NCBI GenBank assembly: GCA_052426225.1
Contig: JBNJNM010000006.1
Span: 2,232,001 to 2,296,000 of the forward strand
DNA length: 64,000 nucleotides
Direction of reading: 5' to 3'
Source of the DNA: Zancudomyces culisetae HAW-14-8
Taxonomy: Eukaryota; Fungi; Kickxellomycota
Below, piece by piece: positions 32,285 to 45,073 of the stretch. How positions within the stretch are numbered: position 1 is the stretch's first letter; each line of letters begins with the position of its first letter. A program made the position numbers and the translations under genes. Below the pieces are notes generated by a model. The model had not been told where the DNA came from. It was given only the letters and a program-made list of their open reading frames with translations, and did not search any database.

Positions 32285-35032
32285 ATGACATCGATAATAA
32301 AAAGAGGCAATCTAATACTAAAGGAATCGTGGACTTGGTCGAAAAGATGGGCTGTGCTAAGGGCGCAAACATTGACTTTTCATAAAAGCGATTCTTCAAA
32401 CCAAGCAATACTCCTAATATTTCTAAAAGAGGTGACAGGGATTAGCCGGTCCGAGATCAAAACATACTGCATTGAAATCAGGACCAAAGAAAAGGATTAC
32501 TATGTACAATGTAAAAACGACGACGATTTATATTCGTGGTTGGATGCCATTTATGCAGTTAAGTGCTTATTAGCATGAAACTAATATATATTTTTTGAAA
32601 TAATATAAATGGACAAGATGAAAGGAATACATAATAATGTGTAGTTTGGAATCGGTAGTGTTGAAACGATAGAATATTAAAAGATATTCAGTACTAAAAC
32701 TTGTAATTATAATAGAACTGCCCATTGTTGAGCGATGTTTCCAGACCATCTAATTTTCATCATAAGGTTCATGTGGATTTTGATCCTCAGAGTGGAATGT
32801 TTACAGTAAGTGGATAAAAAAGTATATATATAAATATGAAATTAGCATTAAAAAAGAAAGAAAGGAAGAAAGGAGAGGAATTAAAAACTGGGGGGAAAAT
32901 GTGAAATAAATTAGGGGTTGCCAGACAAGTGGGCCAAGCTGTTGCAGTCGTCGAATATAACACAGCAAGATTATGCACAAAACCCACAGGCGGTATTGGA
33001 CGTGCTGGATTTCTATACCAAGAACAGCTCTCTTACAGAAGAAAGGGAAGCAAGCGAAGGATATTATAGCAGGGAAAACTCTAAGGAACGGTCGGTGGGA
33101 TCAGAAAGAAGCAGCAAAACCGATGAAGGTAGAGGAATGGAACGTCAGGGATCAATAAAAGAAAAGGGATCAACGTGGAGCAAAGGGTCAACAAGCGAGG
33201 CCATTCGAGCGAAATATAAGGACTCAAAACTAAGCGAAGATGAGGAAAAGAAAGACTTGGAAGCAAGAAAGGTGCAGCAGCAACTAGAACAGCTACAGAA
33301 GCTACAGATGTTGCAAAGGCAGCAAATGGAAAACGGAATTCTGACAAACGATTCGGCTAGCTATGAATTACAGCAGGAGCAGATTAGAGAAAAGAAAAAC
33401 GAGATACTTCGTGAACAAAAACTAAGAGAAGAAATGAACAAAAAGGTGGCGCTTGAGAACCAAAAGCAAGTCGAAAAGATCAAGCGTTTGCAGGCGCAGA
33501 TCCAGAACCAGCAGAACCAGATGATAAGTAATCAGCAGAAGTTTGAGCAGCAACGTGTTGAACAAGCACAGCGATTCCAGAATGCACAGATGCAACAACA
33601 AGTTCAGCAACAGCAACAGCAACAGCAACAGGCTCAGCAGGCTCAACAGGCTCAACAGCAGAAACAACAACAACTACAACAGCAGCAACAAGTTCAACAA
33701 CAACAACTACAGCAATTACAACAGCAACAACAACAACAAAAGAGGGAGATGTTTGAGCGACAGATGAAATTACAACAACAAAAGCTACAGGTACAGCAAC
33801 AACAACAGCAACAAATACAAGTGGCACGAAGTGCAACTGAATTGAACAAACAGCAATATATTGCGCAACAGCAGGTGCAGCCAAACATGAGTTTTAATAT
33901 TAATTATGGACAGCCCATGTATAAAGGACAGCCAGGCCAACAAATGGCGAATATGAAAGGTATGCTACCCTCAACACTCCCACCACCACCGCCACCTCCC
34001 CCTCCGCCATCAGCAGCAGCAGCAACAAAGTTAGCGGGTGGTGGTGTAAACAAGCAAGAGGCTCTGAACATTTTGTCTGGACAGGCAAAGGCAGCCAAAG
34101 TAGTGCTAGATGATAAGGAGCGAGCAGCTAAAATGAAACAGTTGACGGAAATTCAAACAATGGAGAGACTTGCGGGGATGGTTTCACGCGAAGATCCACG
34201 AATCTTATACTCGCGGGTTAAAAAGATAGGGCAGGGTGCGTCTGGCAGTGTGTATTTGGCCAAATCACTGCGGAATAAGCGGCTGGTGGCCATCAAACAG
34301 ATGGATTTGAAGACACAGCCGCGCAAAGAGTTGTTGGTGAACGAGATTGAAGTAATGCGCAGTTCACAGCACCAGAACATTGTTAATTATATCGAGTCAT
34401 TTTTGGTTACCAGGGCGGAACTATGGGTTGTGATGGAATACATGAATGGCGGTGCGCTTACCGATGTGATCGATAATAACCAGCTAAATGAGGTTCAAAT
34501 AGCCACAATTTCGCTAGAGGTCTGTAAAGGGCTGGATCATTTGCACAGCCAGAGCATCATCCATCGTGACATCAAGTCCGACAACATTCTGCTGGGCGAA
34601 GATGGTCAAGTTAAAATCACCGATTTTGGATTTTGTGCAAGGCTTTCTGAGCAGCGAAACAAGCGCGCAACAATGGTGGGCACGCCTTACTGGATGGCGC
34701 CTGAAGTAGTAAAACAGAAACCATACGGATTCAAAGTCGATGTATGGTCATTAGGAATTATGGTTATCGAAATGATTGAGTCTGAACCTCCATACCTTGA
34801 CGAAGAGCCTCTCAAGGCTTTATATTTAATTGCTACCAATGGTACGCCAGCACTGAAAAATCCCGAGCTGCTGAGCTCGCAGATTAAGCGGTTTCTGGCC
34901 GAGTGTTTGACCGTCGACGTTGATAGTCGGGCTACGGTGAGGGAGCTGCTACAGCATGATTTTATTAGAAAGTCTGCAAGGTCGATATCTGTTTTGCGGC
35001 CCTTATTGCAGTTCATTAATAATAAGCAATAA
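32285..35032 (+). CDS. CLA4: PAK kinase, Cla4 type (PH + CRIB + kinase); exons 32285-32557, 32716-32805, 32915-35032
   Basis: PH domain (WSKRWAVL), CRIB motif VSRPSNFHHKVHVDFD, kinase motifs GQGASG, HRDIKSDN, DFG, MVGTPYWMAPE. Confidence 0.88.
33590..33815 (+). repeat. CAA/CAG polyglutamine tract in the PAK kinase
   Basis: Long CAA/CAG run, followed by a poly-Pro tract near 33980-34010. Confidence 0.9.
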
Positions 35033-35191
35033 CTTTTTTAAACCCCCATTATTTCCTGTAATAAAAACTTTACGCATTTGTTTATTAGCAGTTGTATTTT
35101 GATTTACAAGAACAAGAACAAAAGAAAGAAGAAGAAGAAAAAAAAGAAAGGTTAACTAAACAGATAAATGGGTGTTGGAGTGAATAAACAT

Positions 35192-38100
35192 TCAATTGTT
35201 AGATTTTGCCCGGATGCGTGTTTTGATTCCCGAAATAAGCCCGCCAATTTCCAAAATGGTTTCCTGCAATTCCTGCTCACGGCCATTCTCCTTATACCGC
35301 CTCTGTTTGTGCGGAATGCGGGATAGTTCCCGCTGGCTTTTTGCACGCTCGTACTCCAACCGCGCAAGCTTTTCGTCCAGCAGATACAGCGGGTCGTGAC
35401 CAGCACCCCGCAGCAGCGAGAATAGTTGCTTAACAGGTGTTGAATAATCCCGGATTTGTTGGATCATGGCTTTGTGTTCCTCGGGCATTTCTGGCGGGCT
35501 TTCATTACCTTCATCGCTGTCGTTACCAGCAGATGTGCGGCTGTTAAGCATTGCACCAATAGTACCGAGCTGTTGGATATTGCTGGTTGTACCACCACTT
35601 TGCTTTTTTTCGGTTTCTTTGGCCATACCGTATTCAGCGCCACCGACATTCTTTTGCTCAACTTCTTGCAAAGCACGTGCCATACGAAGGCTCAAAAACT
35701 CGAGCAACTGTTCCAAATTGTAGAAACAAGTTTCATCACTGTCGAGCGAGGAATGTTGCAGCAGAATGTCTTGTGATTGTGGGTGTGGTTGTAGTAGTAC
35801 ATTGTTGTCATTGCCGCTTTTCTTACAGTCTTGAATGTGTTCAAGGGTTGGGGAATGTGATGATGATGGTGATTGTGGCTGTGGCTGTGGTTGAGACAGA
35901 GAGCACTGCTCAGTCTGGTCATTAACAGTTGAGCATCCTTCATTTTCATCATCCTCCCCATCTTGCTCCTTACCACCACTTCCTAGCATTGGCTTTGGTT
36001 TCAATCCAAAATCAGATCGCTCTCCTACCCGCCTTTTATTGGGTCCTTTTGTCGTTTCTGTGATGTTTACCAGTATTTGACTCTTAACAGCTTTGGTATT
36101 GCTTTGTACTACACCTCTCCGTGTCTTTTCTCCCTCTTGTTCTGGATTTATTCTAACTGTAAATTTGCACCCGAGCACCTTTCCAACTACAGACAGTGTT
36201 TGATTAACAAAGTGAACCATCTCCTCTAATATTTCATGGTGAGAGTTGTCTTGGTTCTCATAACTTTTTCTATTTTTATGCATTTCCTCGTCATTGCCAG
36301 AGTCATCGTCCTTCTGTACTACATCTTTGTGTTTAGTTTCATCTAACAGGCTACTCATCTTGGCTTTTAGCTGATCCCGTTCGACAATCAGCGTATTAAT
36401 TGTCTTTTCATACATCTTCATTTCTAGCGGATGTCGTAGCTTCTCAATATCCTCTTCCAATTCTGCGCGTCGCTCCACTGCCTCCTTCAATGCTGCACTC
36501 AGAGATTCAGTTGCCACCTGTTTATCCTCTATTTCCTTCTCCTTGGTTGCCAATTCTGCAATAAGAGCCTCGTTTTCTGCCCGGCTCTCCAAAACTTGCT
36601 CCCACATTACCTCTGCCTCTTCGGTTAGTTTTCCAATAGTCTCATCTCTATTTTTGAGTTCACTTAGTAGTTTTTCAACTTCAGCTTTACTATTGGCCAT
36701 GTTTTGTACATTTAACTTTTCTAGTTTTGCTATCTCGGCCTTATAGCGTTTCTCCAACTTTTCTATCATTTGATTCACATTTTTATTGTTTTCAATATCG
36801 CTTTGCTCTCCTTTCTTTTCTATACTAGCTATTCTTCTCTTCTGACTCTCTTCAATTGGGTTAGCTCCTAATCCACCTCTTTCGGATGTTAAACTTCTTT
36901 GTGCCAACACATTGACTTTTTTTTGAACTGCCACACCTGCCTGCTGGAATGTCGCTTGATTCGTCCTATTTTTATTTTTCATCTCTTCTATTTGCTCGAT
37001 TTTAGGAAATACTGTCCTGGCTTTCCCTTCCACACTCGTTTTGGCTTCGTCCTTAACCACCGTTCCCTGTGTTTTACCCTCAACGATCCTTTTTTCTCTG
37101 CCACTACTGTTGCCATAGCCGTACCGAATATCTTTTTCACCACCTCCAGCCACCTTAACGCTACCACTACCGATATTCGCTCTTTGTCGATGGTCCATCA
37201 ACCGCCTAACGCCTGCTGATAGCGCCTCATTTGGTAGTTGTGCTTTTGTATCCTTACCCACTCTCGATGCCGGTTTTCTTTCACTAGCACTGCTCACAGA
37301 ATTACCTGTACTCTTCACACTAGTGCAGCTGTTGTTGTTTACTATGTGTGCTATTTCTCCGTCCCCTTTTTTACTATCTTTTGTAGTAACATTGCTCTGT
37401 TGAGCACCCCCAGTTCTCACATGTGTATCTTTTTCTCTTTCTCTTTCTCTTTCTTTGCTAGACACACTGGTGCCAATAGTTGCCATCTCTGGTCCTCTTT
37501 TACCCTCCACACTGCCACCTCGACCTGCAAATTGTCCTTTTCCACTAATATCACCGCTGTTCTTACCCCCATCATTTCTATTTTCAACTACACTGGCCCT
37601 AGCGCCACCAACCCTAGCCATCGTTTGTATCTCTCGCCCACCATATCCTACTGCATCTTTTCCTTGTGACCGTATACTGTTGTTCGGCTCCCATTTGCTA
37701 GTCTTTTTTCCAAGTCCAAGTCCAAAGACGTTTAATATTTTACCCACTCGTTTGTCGGATTTGCTAGCTATGCTTTTCCGATCTGCCCCACTATTTACAT
37801 CAAAGCTCTCTGTCGGCCTTCTTACTAGTTTTGATACATCTGCTGGATCCCCCTTTACAAAATCCCGGCTTGGATTTGATACATCTTTTCTGGATGAGCT
37901 ACTAGATCTCGTTGTGGGCGAGTTTCGTTGCAACTTTGCTTTATGGCCTAGCGATGTCGTGCTTTTGTTCGCATTGTCCTCAAGGTGTATGGGGGGACCG
38001 ATCGCCGATACCGTCACATCCGCCTGTTTCACCGCATCTATACTATTCGAGGTGACTCCAGTGATTGTACTTGACCTGCTTTCTTTGATTCCTTTTATAC

Positions 38101-38548
38101 TCGGGGCCTCTATCTCTCGGATACCACCCACATAATTGTTATTGATGCTCCCATCACCTCTTCCTACTTGAAACCCTGCTTTACTTATACTTTTTTTTTC
38201 CACTTGCATGTTTATCTGCGATTTTCTGAATACTGAAAGAATACTTTTGCTCCTCTTTCTTTCCTTATTCTGCTGGCTTTTATCCCCTATCATTTGTCTA
38301 CATTTTTGAAACGTGTAAATAGTAAGTATTTGGCTATTAATTAACGAATATAAAACACCAGACCACATGCTTTGACTGTTTATACCAAATAATAACCCCG
38401 GAAAATCAAAAAACACCAAAAAAAAGAAAAAAAGAGGCTCATGTAGCCATTTTAGGTATCGAAACGAATGAGATACAACTGTTTTCATATATTCAAGCTC
38501 TGCTACATCAATATTTTTTTTCTTTTCACTCTTTCGCCCATTTACCAT
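35192..38548 (-). CDS. Large low-complexity coiled-coil protein (true start possibly ATG 38293, or spliced)
   Basis: 1118-codon ORF with central heptad repeats; C-terminal helical motif loosely resembling enkurin/MPHOSPH9 C-termini. Confidence 0.75.
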   Translation of the reverse strand: MVNGRKSEKKKNIDVAELEYMKTVVSHSFRYLKWLHEPLFFFFLVFFDFPGLLFGINSQSMWSGVLYSLINSQILTIYTFQKCRQMIGDKSQQNKERKRSKSILSVFRKSQINMQVEKKSISKAGFQVGRGDGSINNNYVGGIREIEAPSIKGIKESRSSTITGVTSNSIDAVKQADVTVSAIGPPIHLEDNANKSTTSLGHKAKLQRNSPTTRSSSSSRKDVSNPSRDFVKGDPADVSKLVRRPTESFDVNSGADRKSIASKSDKRVGKILNVFGLGLGKKTSKWEPNNSIRSQGKDAVGYGGREIQTMARVGGARASVVENRNDGGKNSGDISGKGQFAGRGGSVEGKRGPEMATIGTSVSSKEREREREKDTHVRTGGAQQSNVTTKDSKKGDGEIAHIVNNNSCTSVKSTGNSVSSASERKPASRVGKDTKAQLPNEALSAGVRRLMDHRQRANIGSGSVKVAGGGEKDIRYGYGNSSGREKRIVEGKTQGTVVKDEAKTSVEGKARTVFPKIEQIEEMKNKNRTNQATFQQAGVAVQKKVNVLAQRSLTSERGGLGANPIEESQKRRIASIEKKGEQSDIENNKNVNQMIEKLEKRYKAEIAKLEKLNVQNMANSKAEVEKLLSELKNRDETIGKLTEEAEVMWEQVLESRAENEALIAELATKEKEIEDKQVATESLSAALKEAVERRAELEEDIEKLRHPLEMKMYEKTINTLIVERDQLKAKMSSLLDETKHKDVVQKDDDSGNDEEMHKNRKSYENQDNSHHEILEEMVHFVNQTLSVVGKVLGCKFTVRINPEQEGEKTRRGVVQSNTKAVKSQILVNITETTKGPNKRRVGERSDFGLKPKPMLGSGGKEQDGEDDENEGCSTVNDQTEQCSLSQPQPQPQSPSSSHSPTLEHIQDCKKSGNDNNVLLQPHPQSQDILLQHSSLDSDETCFYNLEQLLEFLSLRMARALQEVEQKNVGGAEYGMAKETEKKQSGGTTSNIQQLGTIGAMLNSRTSAGNDSDEGNESPPEMPEEHKAMIQQIRDYSTPVKQLFSLLRGAGHDPLYLLDEKLARLEYERAKSQRELSRIPHKQRRYKENGREQELQETILEIGGLISGIKTRIRAKSNN

Positions 38549-39776
38549 CGAATTGACAAAATATTTTTAGGAGCTTTGATACATGTGTCATATTTTATTA
38601 TTGCCTCTTACCTATAAATGTACTCTGTAGTTTATGTATCGATTGTTGTTTATATATCCGGGTCATAAGCTTGACTACTCGCTAAACCCGGTTTGTATAT
38701 ATTTCTCTCGATTTTCCCTCCTTCCTTCTTTAGAATTTTAGGACCAGCAACAAATTCAACAAATGTTGCTATCAGGTATCTATAACTATTTCAAATATGT
38801 TGGCTTAATGATTTTAACTATCCATAAGTTTGATTGAGGCTTGATAAATAACAAACTGCAAAGAAAAAAAAAGGTAAAAAGTAAACAAAATATACAAATC
38901 CCCCTACATAAAAAATGCATCTCTTTTTACTTTGCACAAATCTAGTGGATTCGCCTTGTGGATTACTAAACATTAGCCCATTTAAAAATTAACTATATAA
39001 TTGCTGTAACCCTTTCAGTCAATTATCTAATTTATTTCTTTAATTTATCACATAAATGCAAATACAGATATTGGCTTGCCAGCCATGTAACACATCTTTT
39101 CGCATTTTTCCCATCACCAGCTTAATCTAGGTTGAATCTGACAAATGTGGATTTACAAGTGCAATTTTCAGCATTAGGTTTGTGTATTTAATTTTTTTTT
39201 AAAATAAAAGTGTTTTGAAAGAAATGTAGCAGAGGACAGGTAATCGTCTTTCATTATGAGAGTTGCTTATTCCTCCCAGATCAGGTACGATTGTTAATAT
39301 ATCTCCGCAGGCTAACCCGAGACATTTTTGTCTTTTTTCTCTAGAGCATTGTCTGGTCCCAAAAACTACTTGATTAAGCAATTGGGAAATTTAGATGCAC
39401 ACAAAAAGTTCGCCTCGGGCGCCTTATTAGTTTCTACTGATAAAGAAAAACCACAAGAAATCGTTCCGTGTTTGTTTTTATACTGATTCTGTCTGCGCTT
39501 TTTGTTAAAATTCATTCATTTATGGGGTTCTTCAAAAGAATTCTGCTCAGTAATTGGCCAAATCCATAATTTCACTTTTTGTGTAATTTAATTTATTCAG
39601 GAAAAGCAAAGCCAATAGAAACAAAATCAGATCAAAAGAAAAAGAAAAACATAGATCTACAATATTTCATTTCAAAAAAACTCTTCATGATGATAATCTG
39701 ACTAACTGCTGCTAAGGTATATTTGCAGAGCAAAAATAAAAAGCCCCACACTCGCGTTTGGTGCGACTCCTAATAC

Positions 39777-42298
39777 CTACTCATTCACAGCATCCAATCG
39801 CCTTTTCATTACCCATACTTTTGGCGAGGTTCTCACAGTACCCCTGAGACATTTCTTCATGTTTAAAAAGACTGATTTTACGGAAATGTACCTCTCATTT
39901 AGGGATACTTGCCTTCCCTTGAATGTTGCTACCAATTCCTTACCCAATTGAAGAATGTTGGGACTCAGTCCATCAAATCCTTCCACATAACCCAAAACAT
40001 CAAAATTTGTCGTGTAGTTTTTATACTCGTGGGTTAATAAGTGCGTATACTGGGTATATTGATTGCTTTGCATTATGTTTTCATCCTTGGAATACCTATT
40101 TATCACGAAAACGTATGCGTATGAGCCTTATTGCCAAATTTTAACATTACATCACAATATAAACAATTAAAAACAAAAGCAGGCAAGTATGGAGCTGATA
40201 ATACACCAAAATACTTACATCCAATCTTTACGGAGTTCACCAAAACGCGTCACCCCTGTCATTGCCGAGTACGTATCAATATGTACATTCGCTATTAGTG
40301 ATAAGTGAATAAATCCATAGATCAGTTAGCATTTAACTCTTCGTTTTTGTTAATGAAAAAAATGATCTCAAGTGGTTGTCAAAATCGAAGAGTAGCAACA
40401 GGTACAGAAATATCAGTGATGATCTATTTTCACATTTTACCTATATATATCTGTGTTAATGGGAAAAAAAAGAGCTAGATAACTTACCATTGTTAAAGGA
40501 TTTTTCAATCTTGTGGAGCTTTGCAAATGCATATCCTCCTGGATAGTTTAATGAAGATACATACAAAGTGAACAGCGACAAACAAGAACTCAGACAAATA
40601 ACCAAAACAACAATAAATCTTCCTAAAATACTCAGAATGGCTAATCTACTGGTTCTCTGTCTTTGACTAATACAGTACAAGTTCTATTAATACTGATCGC
40701 TAGGGAGCAATTACGTGTAAAAACAAATCACTTTTATCTTCTGATCATATGTCTACGTTAAAATATGGCGCACTTACAAGTATTCCATGCCGATGGCAGC
40801 GTACATATTGTATATGGGGATTGCATACATTATAAACCTCCATTCTTTGTGTGGGAGCGCAGAAAACAAAATTATTGAAAAAGTTGTCGTAATGAAAAGC
40901 ACGGACGTCTTCCTGCTAATAACAACTCCAATCGGTACAAAAAACATTGCCCCAGTGAGTATCTTTGGTAGAAACCGAGTAAAATAGTAGTGCCAAGGAC
41001 TTGTCTATTTATAGCATTGATATTTGGTACAATTAGGTGTATATTAAAAACGCGTATGAATAATAACATGGATGAGGCAGAACATCAATAAACAAGAATT
41101 AAAAAAGCAAGGATTTTATCCAGGCCTTGGTTAACATCTTATTATGAATATACACTAGAATATGCAAGTTCTCAACTTTATAAACTTACACCCCACAATG
41201 AACTCTTATTCTCGAGAATATTGAAAAAGAAGGATTGGAGTTCCGGCCACATAAACCTCGACTGCCAGTAGTATGAATCTATTGGTATCACCACCAATAA
41301 GGAGAGTATACATGTCATAATAGCCACTTTTAAGGCGCTTAAAAAGCCAACATGACGTTGAAATACTTCAGCTAGTATCATGGGGATGGAAAAGGCAACT
41401 GTATCGAATCTGAAGACAACAGCAGAAAACACCAGCAGTATTATCATTTTGGTGCAGTTGTTTTTAGTATAATGTGCGGAAGACATGGTGTTAGACTTTA
41501 TCCAATAGCTTTGTGAAAGTATCACTTGCACAAAAATACCAATCAAAAGGTTTGTTAGTTCAATTATTTTGTTTATGAAAATACACTTTAATGCGAATAC
41601 GACTATACTTTGCAAGACTATATCGTGTACTCACTTGTAATAAACGCAAATGTATTTCCAATGGTTCTGCTGCTCCAAAATACAAGGTGGAATTGACAAA
41701 TACACAACAAGAGAAAAATAAAAGATACTCTTTTGCCAAAACATTCAGCTATCGAGCGCCTCAGCTTGCCTAACGACAAAGACACTAGGACTCCCAACAT
41801 TATTCTAGCTATATTGTGTTATCATTTTTCAATATCGGTTTGTGTTTGGAGTAATTGAACAATAAAAGCGCTTCTCCATTTGAATCTACTTTGTAAATGC
41901 ACACGGCTGTAAAGGTTGGCCCTTACCAGTAATCTGAGTCCAAAATTTCACCTCTTCAACCCCAAAGGTTACTAAAAAACGTTTGATCGGATAGGTCAAT
42001 GCTGAAAGGGCCAGTGGACCTACAAAAGAGCGTGGAACTGCACCCGGAAATTCAAAATGATCGTACTAATGTTTTTTTATAGGTGTTGTTTTTTGAATTT
42101 CTTCATTTTTGTATGTTTTTGGTAGTGCACAAACAAATATTAAATATGTCTATCACAGCAAACACTCACCTTATTGTTAACAAAAATTGAGTTCAAGATG
42201 TCGTGAATGGCCTGGATAAAGAAGCTTTCTTCTACTTTTGTGTATGGGCAAACCAATACGTAGAATGCCGCTACCAAAGCAAACAAAATGTCCAACAT
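39777..42298 (-). CDS. ALG12: Dol-P-Man alpha-1,6-mannosyltransferase, multi-exon
   Basis: [79 protein letters not shown]. Confidence 0.9.
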
Positions 42299-42778
42299 TT
42301 CTCAAAGGTCGAGTATATTGAATAGCTGTTTTTGTAAATGCCTTCTATTTTTTTGTGCACTTTTGAATCTCTTGATATTGCTGAGTTTCGTTTCAGTTAA
42401 TGCAAGTGTGTTTATTTTTATTTTTCTTTAATGAAATCTGGTAATTATGTAATTCGTCAAGTTTGATTTTACCACATGGAGTTAGTCAAATATACCAAGC
42501 TCATTTTTTTTACACAAAACATTTGCATACAACATCACTTTAATCACTGGCATAGTTCAGCAAGATAGATTGGTTTTATAAAAGGTGTACCAAAAAAAAA
42601 ACTAGCTATATTAACACATGGTGAATAATGATATATTGCACATAATTATCTTGAATGAATGTTAGTATGGTCAATGCAGTAGTTAGAGTATGAAATGTTT
42701 TATTGAGTTTAATCAACGGCTATATCCATGGTATAAACAAAATAATAATAATAATAGTAAAACTAAATCTACACAAGT

Positions 42779-45073
42779 CTAACTTCCTGGTGGTTTTGGT
42801 ACAATGTATGGTCTAACTGAAAGTGGGCAGTTTACTAGTTGATCATTTCCCCACCAGTTAGGAGGGGTGAATGGGCTAAACGAAGATATCATAACAGAAA
42901 TAACACCACCAACAACAATACCAAATTCAAGTCCCGAGCTTAGCAGATAGTTGTAACGTGTCCACCATGCATGCTTGTATCTATAGACCCAATAGTTAAA
43001 TACAAAACAGATGCAAATAGCGGTTATGAGCGAAGCCGAAGTAGCTGGAGGAAACATTCTTGCAGAGATAAAAATAATTGGTACGTGGATATAGGAAATC
43101 CAGGTTCCGGGATATTTCTTGGTTAGAATATACGAAAATACTGGTAAAATCGAACCTATGCCTAAAGAAATCCAGATGTGAGAATATTCGCGACCAAAAC
43201 TGAATAGCTCTGAGGGACCAATTAGTCCCCAAATGTGGGTTGCTGTTATTATCGATCTCAACTTTGTGCAAGACCAGTTTTGTGAAGTTGACATGCAGAG
43301 GTCTTCCACATTGTGCTCGACTACCCTCAAAGTAAATATTGTAACAAACATTGAAACAACAGTACCAACAATCTGCATAATCCACAGTTCTCTGGGTGGG
43401 ATTTTCATATAGTGACCCATTTTGAAATTTTCAGCAGCGTTAATCGACTGATCGAGAATACAGTTACCAATTGTCCTTGCTCCAAGGTTTCCAACAGGGT
43501 TTCCTGGGTCCAAATATCCAACTACAATCTGAAGTAAAATAGAAATATCCATTCTCAAGTTCGAAACGCCATAAACAATTCCGGTGGGGAAAAACAGTAG
43601 CAGTGAAACAGAAAGTGAAAATAAGTATATGTACCACTTGACTCCAACGTCCCATATGATTGTTGTTAAGATCGCAGTACCAATAGAAAGTATGAGCAGA
43701 CAAATATTCCACCACAATGGTACCTTTTTATAGAATGACATTAATTTGTTATGGATATCACTAAACCCGCTAGCCGATTTACGATTTTCTATTATCGAGT
43801 TTTTTAGATACTGAGTCAGATCCTTTGTGTAATAAAGCATGAAATGAACTATCACTGAGGAAAATGCGGCCAACGACGAACAATAGGCCAGAAATACCGA
43901 AACGTTTAATTTGATTGGGCTGTATGCTAGATATTTCTCGACGTCAAGCATATTGTTGCTATCCAAAACCTGCGAAGTGGAATATACACTACCATACATG
44001 TCATAAATGTTTGAAGAGTTTATAGGAAGTCTAGCAAAATTCAGATAGTTCGCGTAGTATAGAATCGGTGTTACTATCCATGCAACAAGCACAAACCCCA
44101 CCAATGAGTTGGCAGCTGACCATAAGGGAATAACCATAGGAGATCCGAAAAAGGATACTATTGTAGACCAATCAAAAGATGCGGATAGCATTCCGAGTCC
44201 GCTCAAACCAGAGCCAAGCTGATGTGCAACCTGGTTGTTCGGGAATATGTAACACAGGGGGCTAAAATAGCTTAGACATCTAAATAAAAGAGATGGTATC
44301 ATTTGATACAGTGCCGATACCCCGCCTACAATCATTACAAATTTTGTACCATTGATGCCACCTGTGCCAAATGAGTTTTTCTCGTTGAGTGATCTGATCA
44401 GTGATATGGCAACCAAGAGAATCGGAAACAGCATGTCTGGGGATCTTGTCAGATATCCACCCAAAATTCCCTGAATTGAAAAACCAACAACAATGGTAGA
44501 TCCCAGCAAAAGCATTGTAACACCAAGAGGCCATTTGGGCTGATAGAATACGTCTTTTTGGAGCATAAATATCATGAGGTCGGTTACACCCAGTGTGAGC
44601 CCACAATAGATCGTGATTGCAGAATGCTCCTTGATGTTAAATGGACCTGGGTTCAGACTAAACTTCCATCCCAAAATGCTAAATCGCGTCGTCGGTAGTA
44701 TGCGCTCAAGCAATTTTCCTACTGGGTATGATATAAGCAGTACAAAGATTACTGAAAAGGCCAGTGGTTCTGACCGAAGAAAATACACCGTATTGACTAC
44801 TGTTAATGCTATTGCAAATACATTCGCTATAAACCAGAACCTAAATGTCAATACTGGAAGTGATGTATCGTCTTCTGAGCTAACGACTGCCTTTACCAAT
44901 TCATTTGTTCCGCTGTCATCCATATCCTCATCGTATTCCATATACGACATATCTTCTGCGGCAAAAAACTCATTGTCGCTTCCATCTTCGTACTTTTCAC
45001 CTACACTTTCCGTGTATCGAAGTCTGCTATACCTTGCATCGTATCCCGATGCGTTAGACTCTCTATACTCCAT
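42779..45073 (-). CDS. OPT-family oligopeptide transporter
   Basis: LPVLTFRFW, NPGPFNIKEH, KMGHYMKIPPR, WWTRYNYLLSSGLE, PNWWGN. Confidence 0.95.
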   Translation of the reverse strand: MEYRESNASGYDARYSRLRYTESVGEKYEDGSDNEFFAAEDMSYMEYDEDMDDSGTNELVKAVVSSEDDTSLPVLTFRFWFIANVFAIALTVVNTVYFLRSEPLAFSVIFVLLISYPVGKLLERILPTTRFSILGWKFSLNPGPFNIKEHSAITIYCGLTLGVTDLMIFMLQKDVFYQPKWPLGVTMLLLGSTIVVGFSIQGILGGYLTRSPDMLFPILLVAISLIRSLNEKNSFGTGGINGTKFVMIVGGVSALYQMIPSLLFRCLSYFSPLCYIFPNNQVAHQLGSGLSGLGMLSASFDWSTIVSFFGSPMVIPLWSAANSLVGFVLVAWIVTPILYYANYLNFARLPINSSNIYDMYGSVYSTSQVLDSNNMLDVEKYLAYSPIKLNVSVFLAYCSSLAAFSSVIVHFMLYYTKDLTQYLKNSIIENRKSASGFSDIHNKLMSFYKKVPLWWNICLLILSIGTAILTTIIWDVGVKWYIYLFSLSVSLLLFFPTGIVYGVSNLRMDISILLQIVVGYLDPGNPVGNLGARTIGNCILDQSINAAENFKMGHYMKIPPRELWIMQIVGTVVSMFVTIFTLRVVEHNVEDLCMSTSQNWSCTKLRSIITATHIWGLIGPSELFSFGREYSHIWISLGIGSILPVFSYILTKKYPGTWISYIHVPIIFISARMFPPATSASLITAICICFVFNYWVYRYKHAWWTRYNYLLSSGLEFGIVVGGVISVMISSFSPFTPPNWWGNDQLVNCPLSVRPYIVPKPPGS

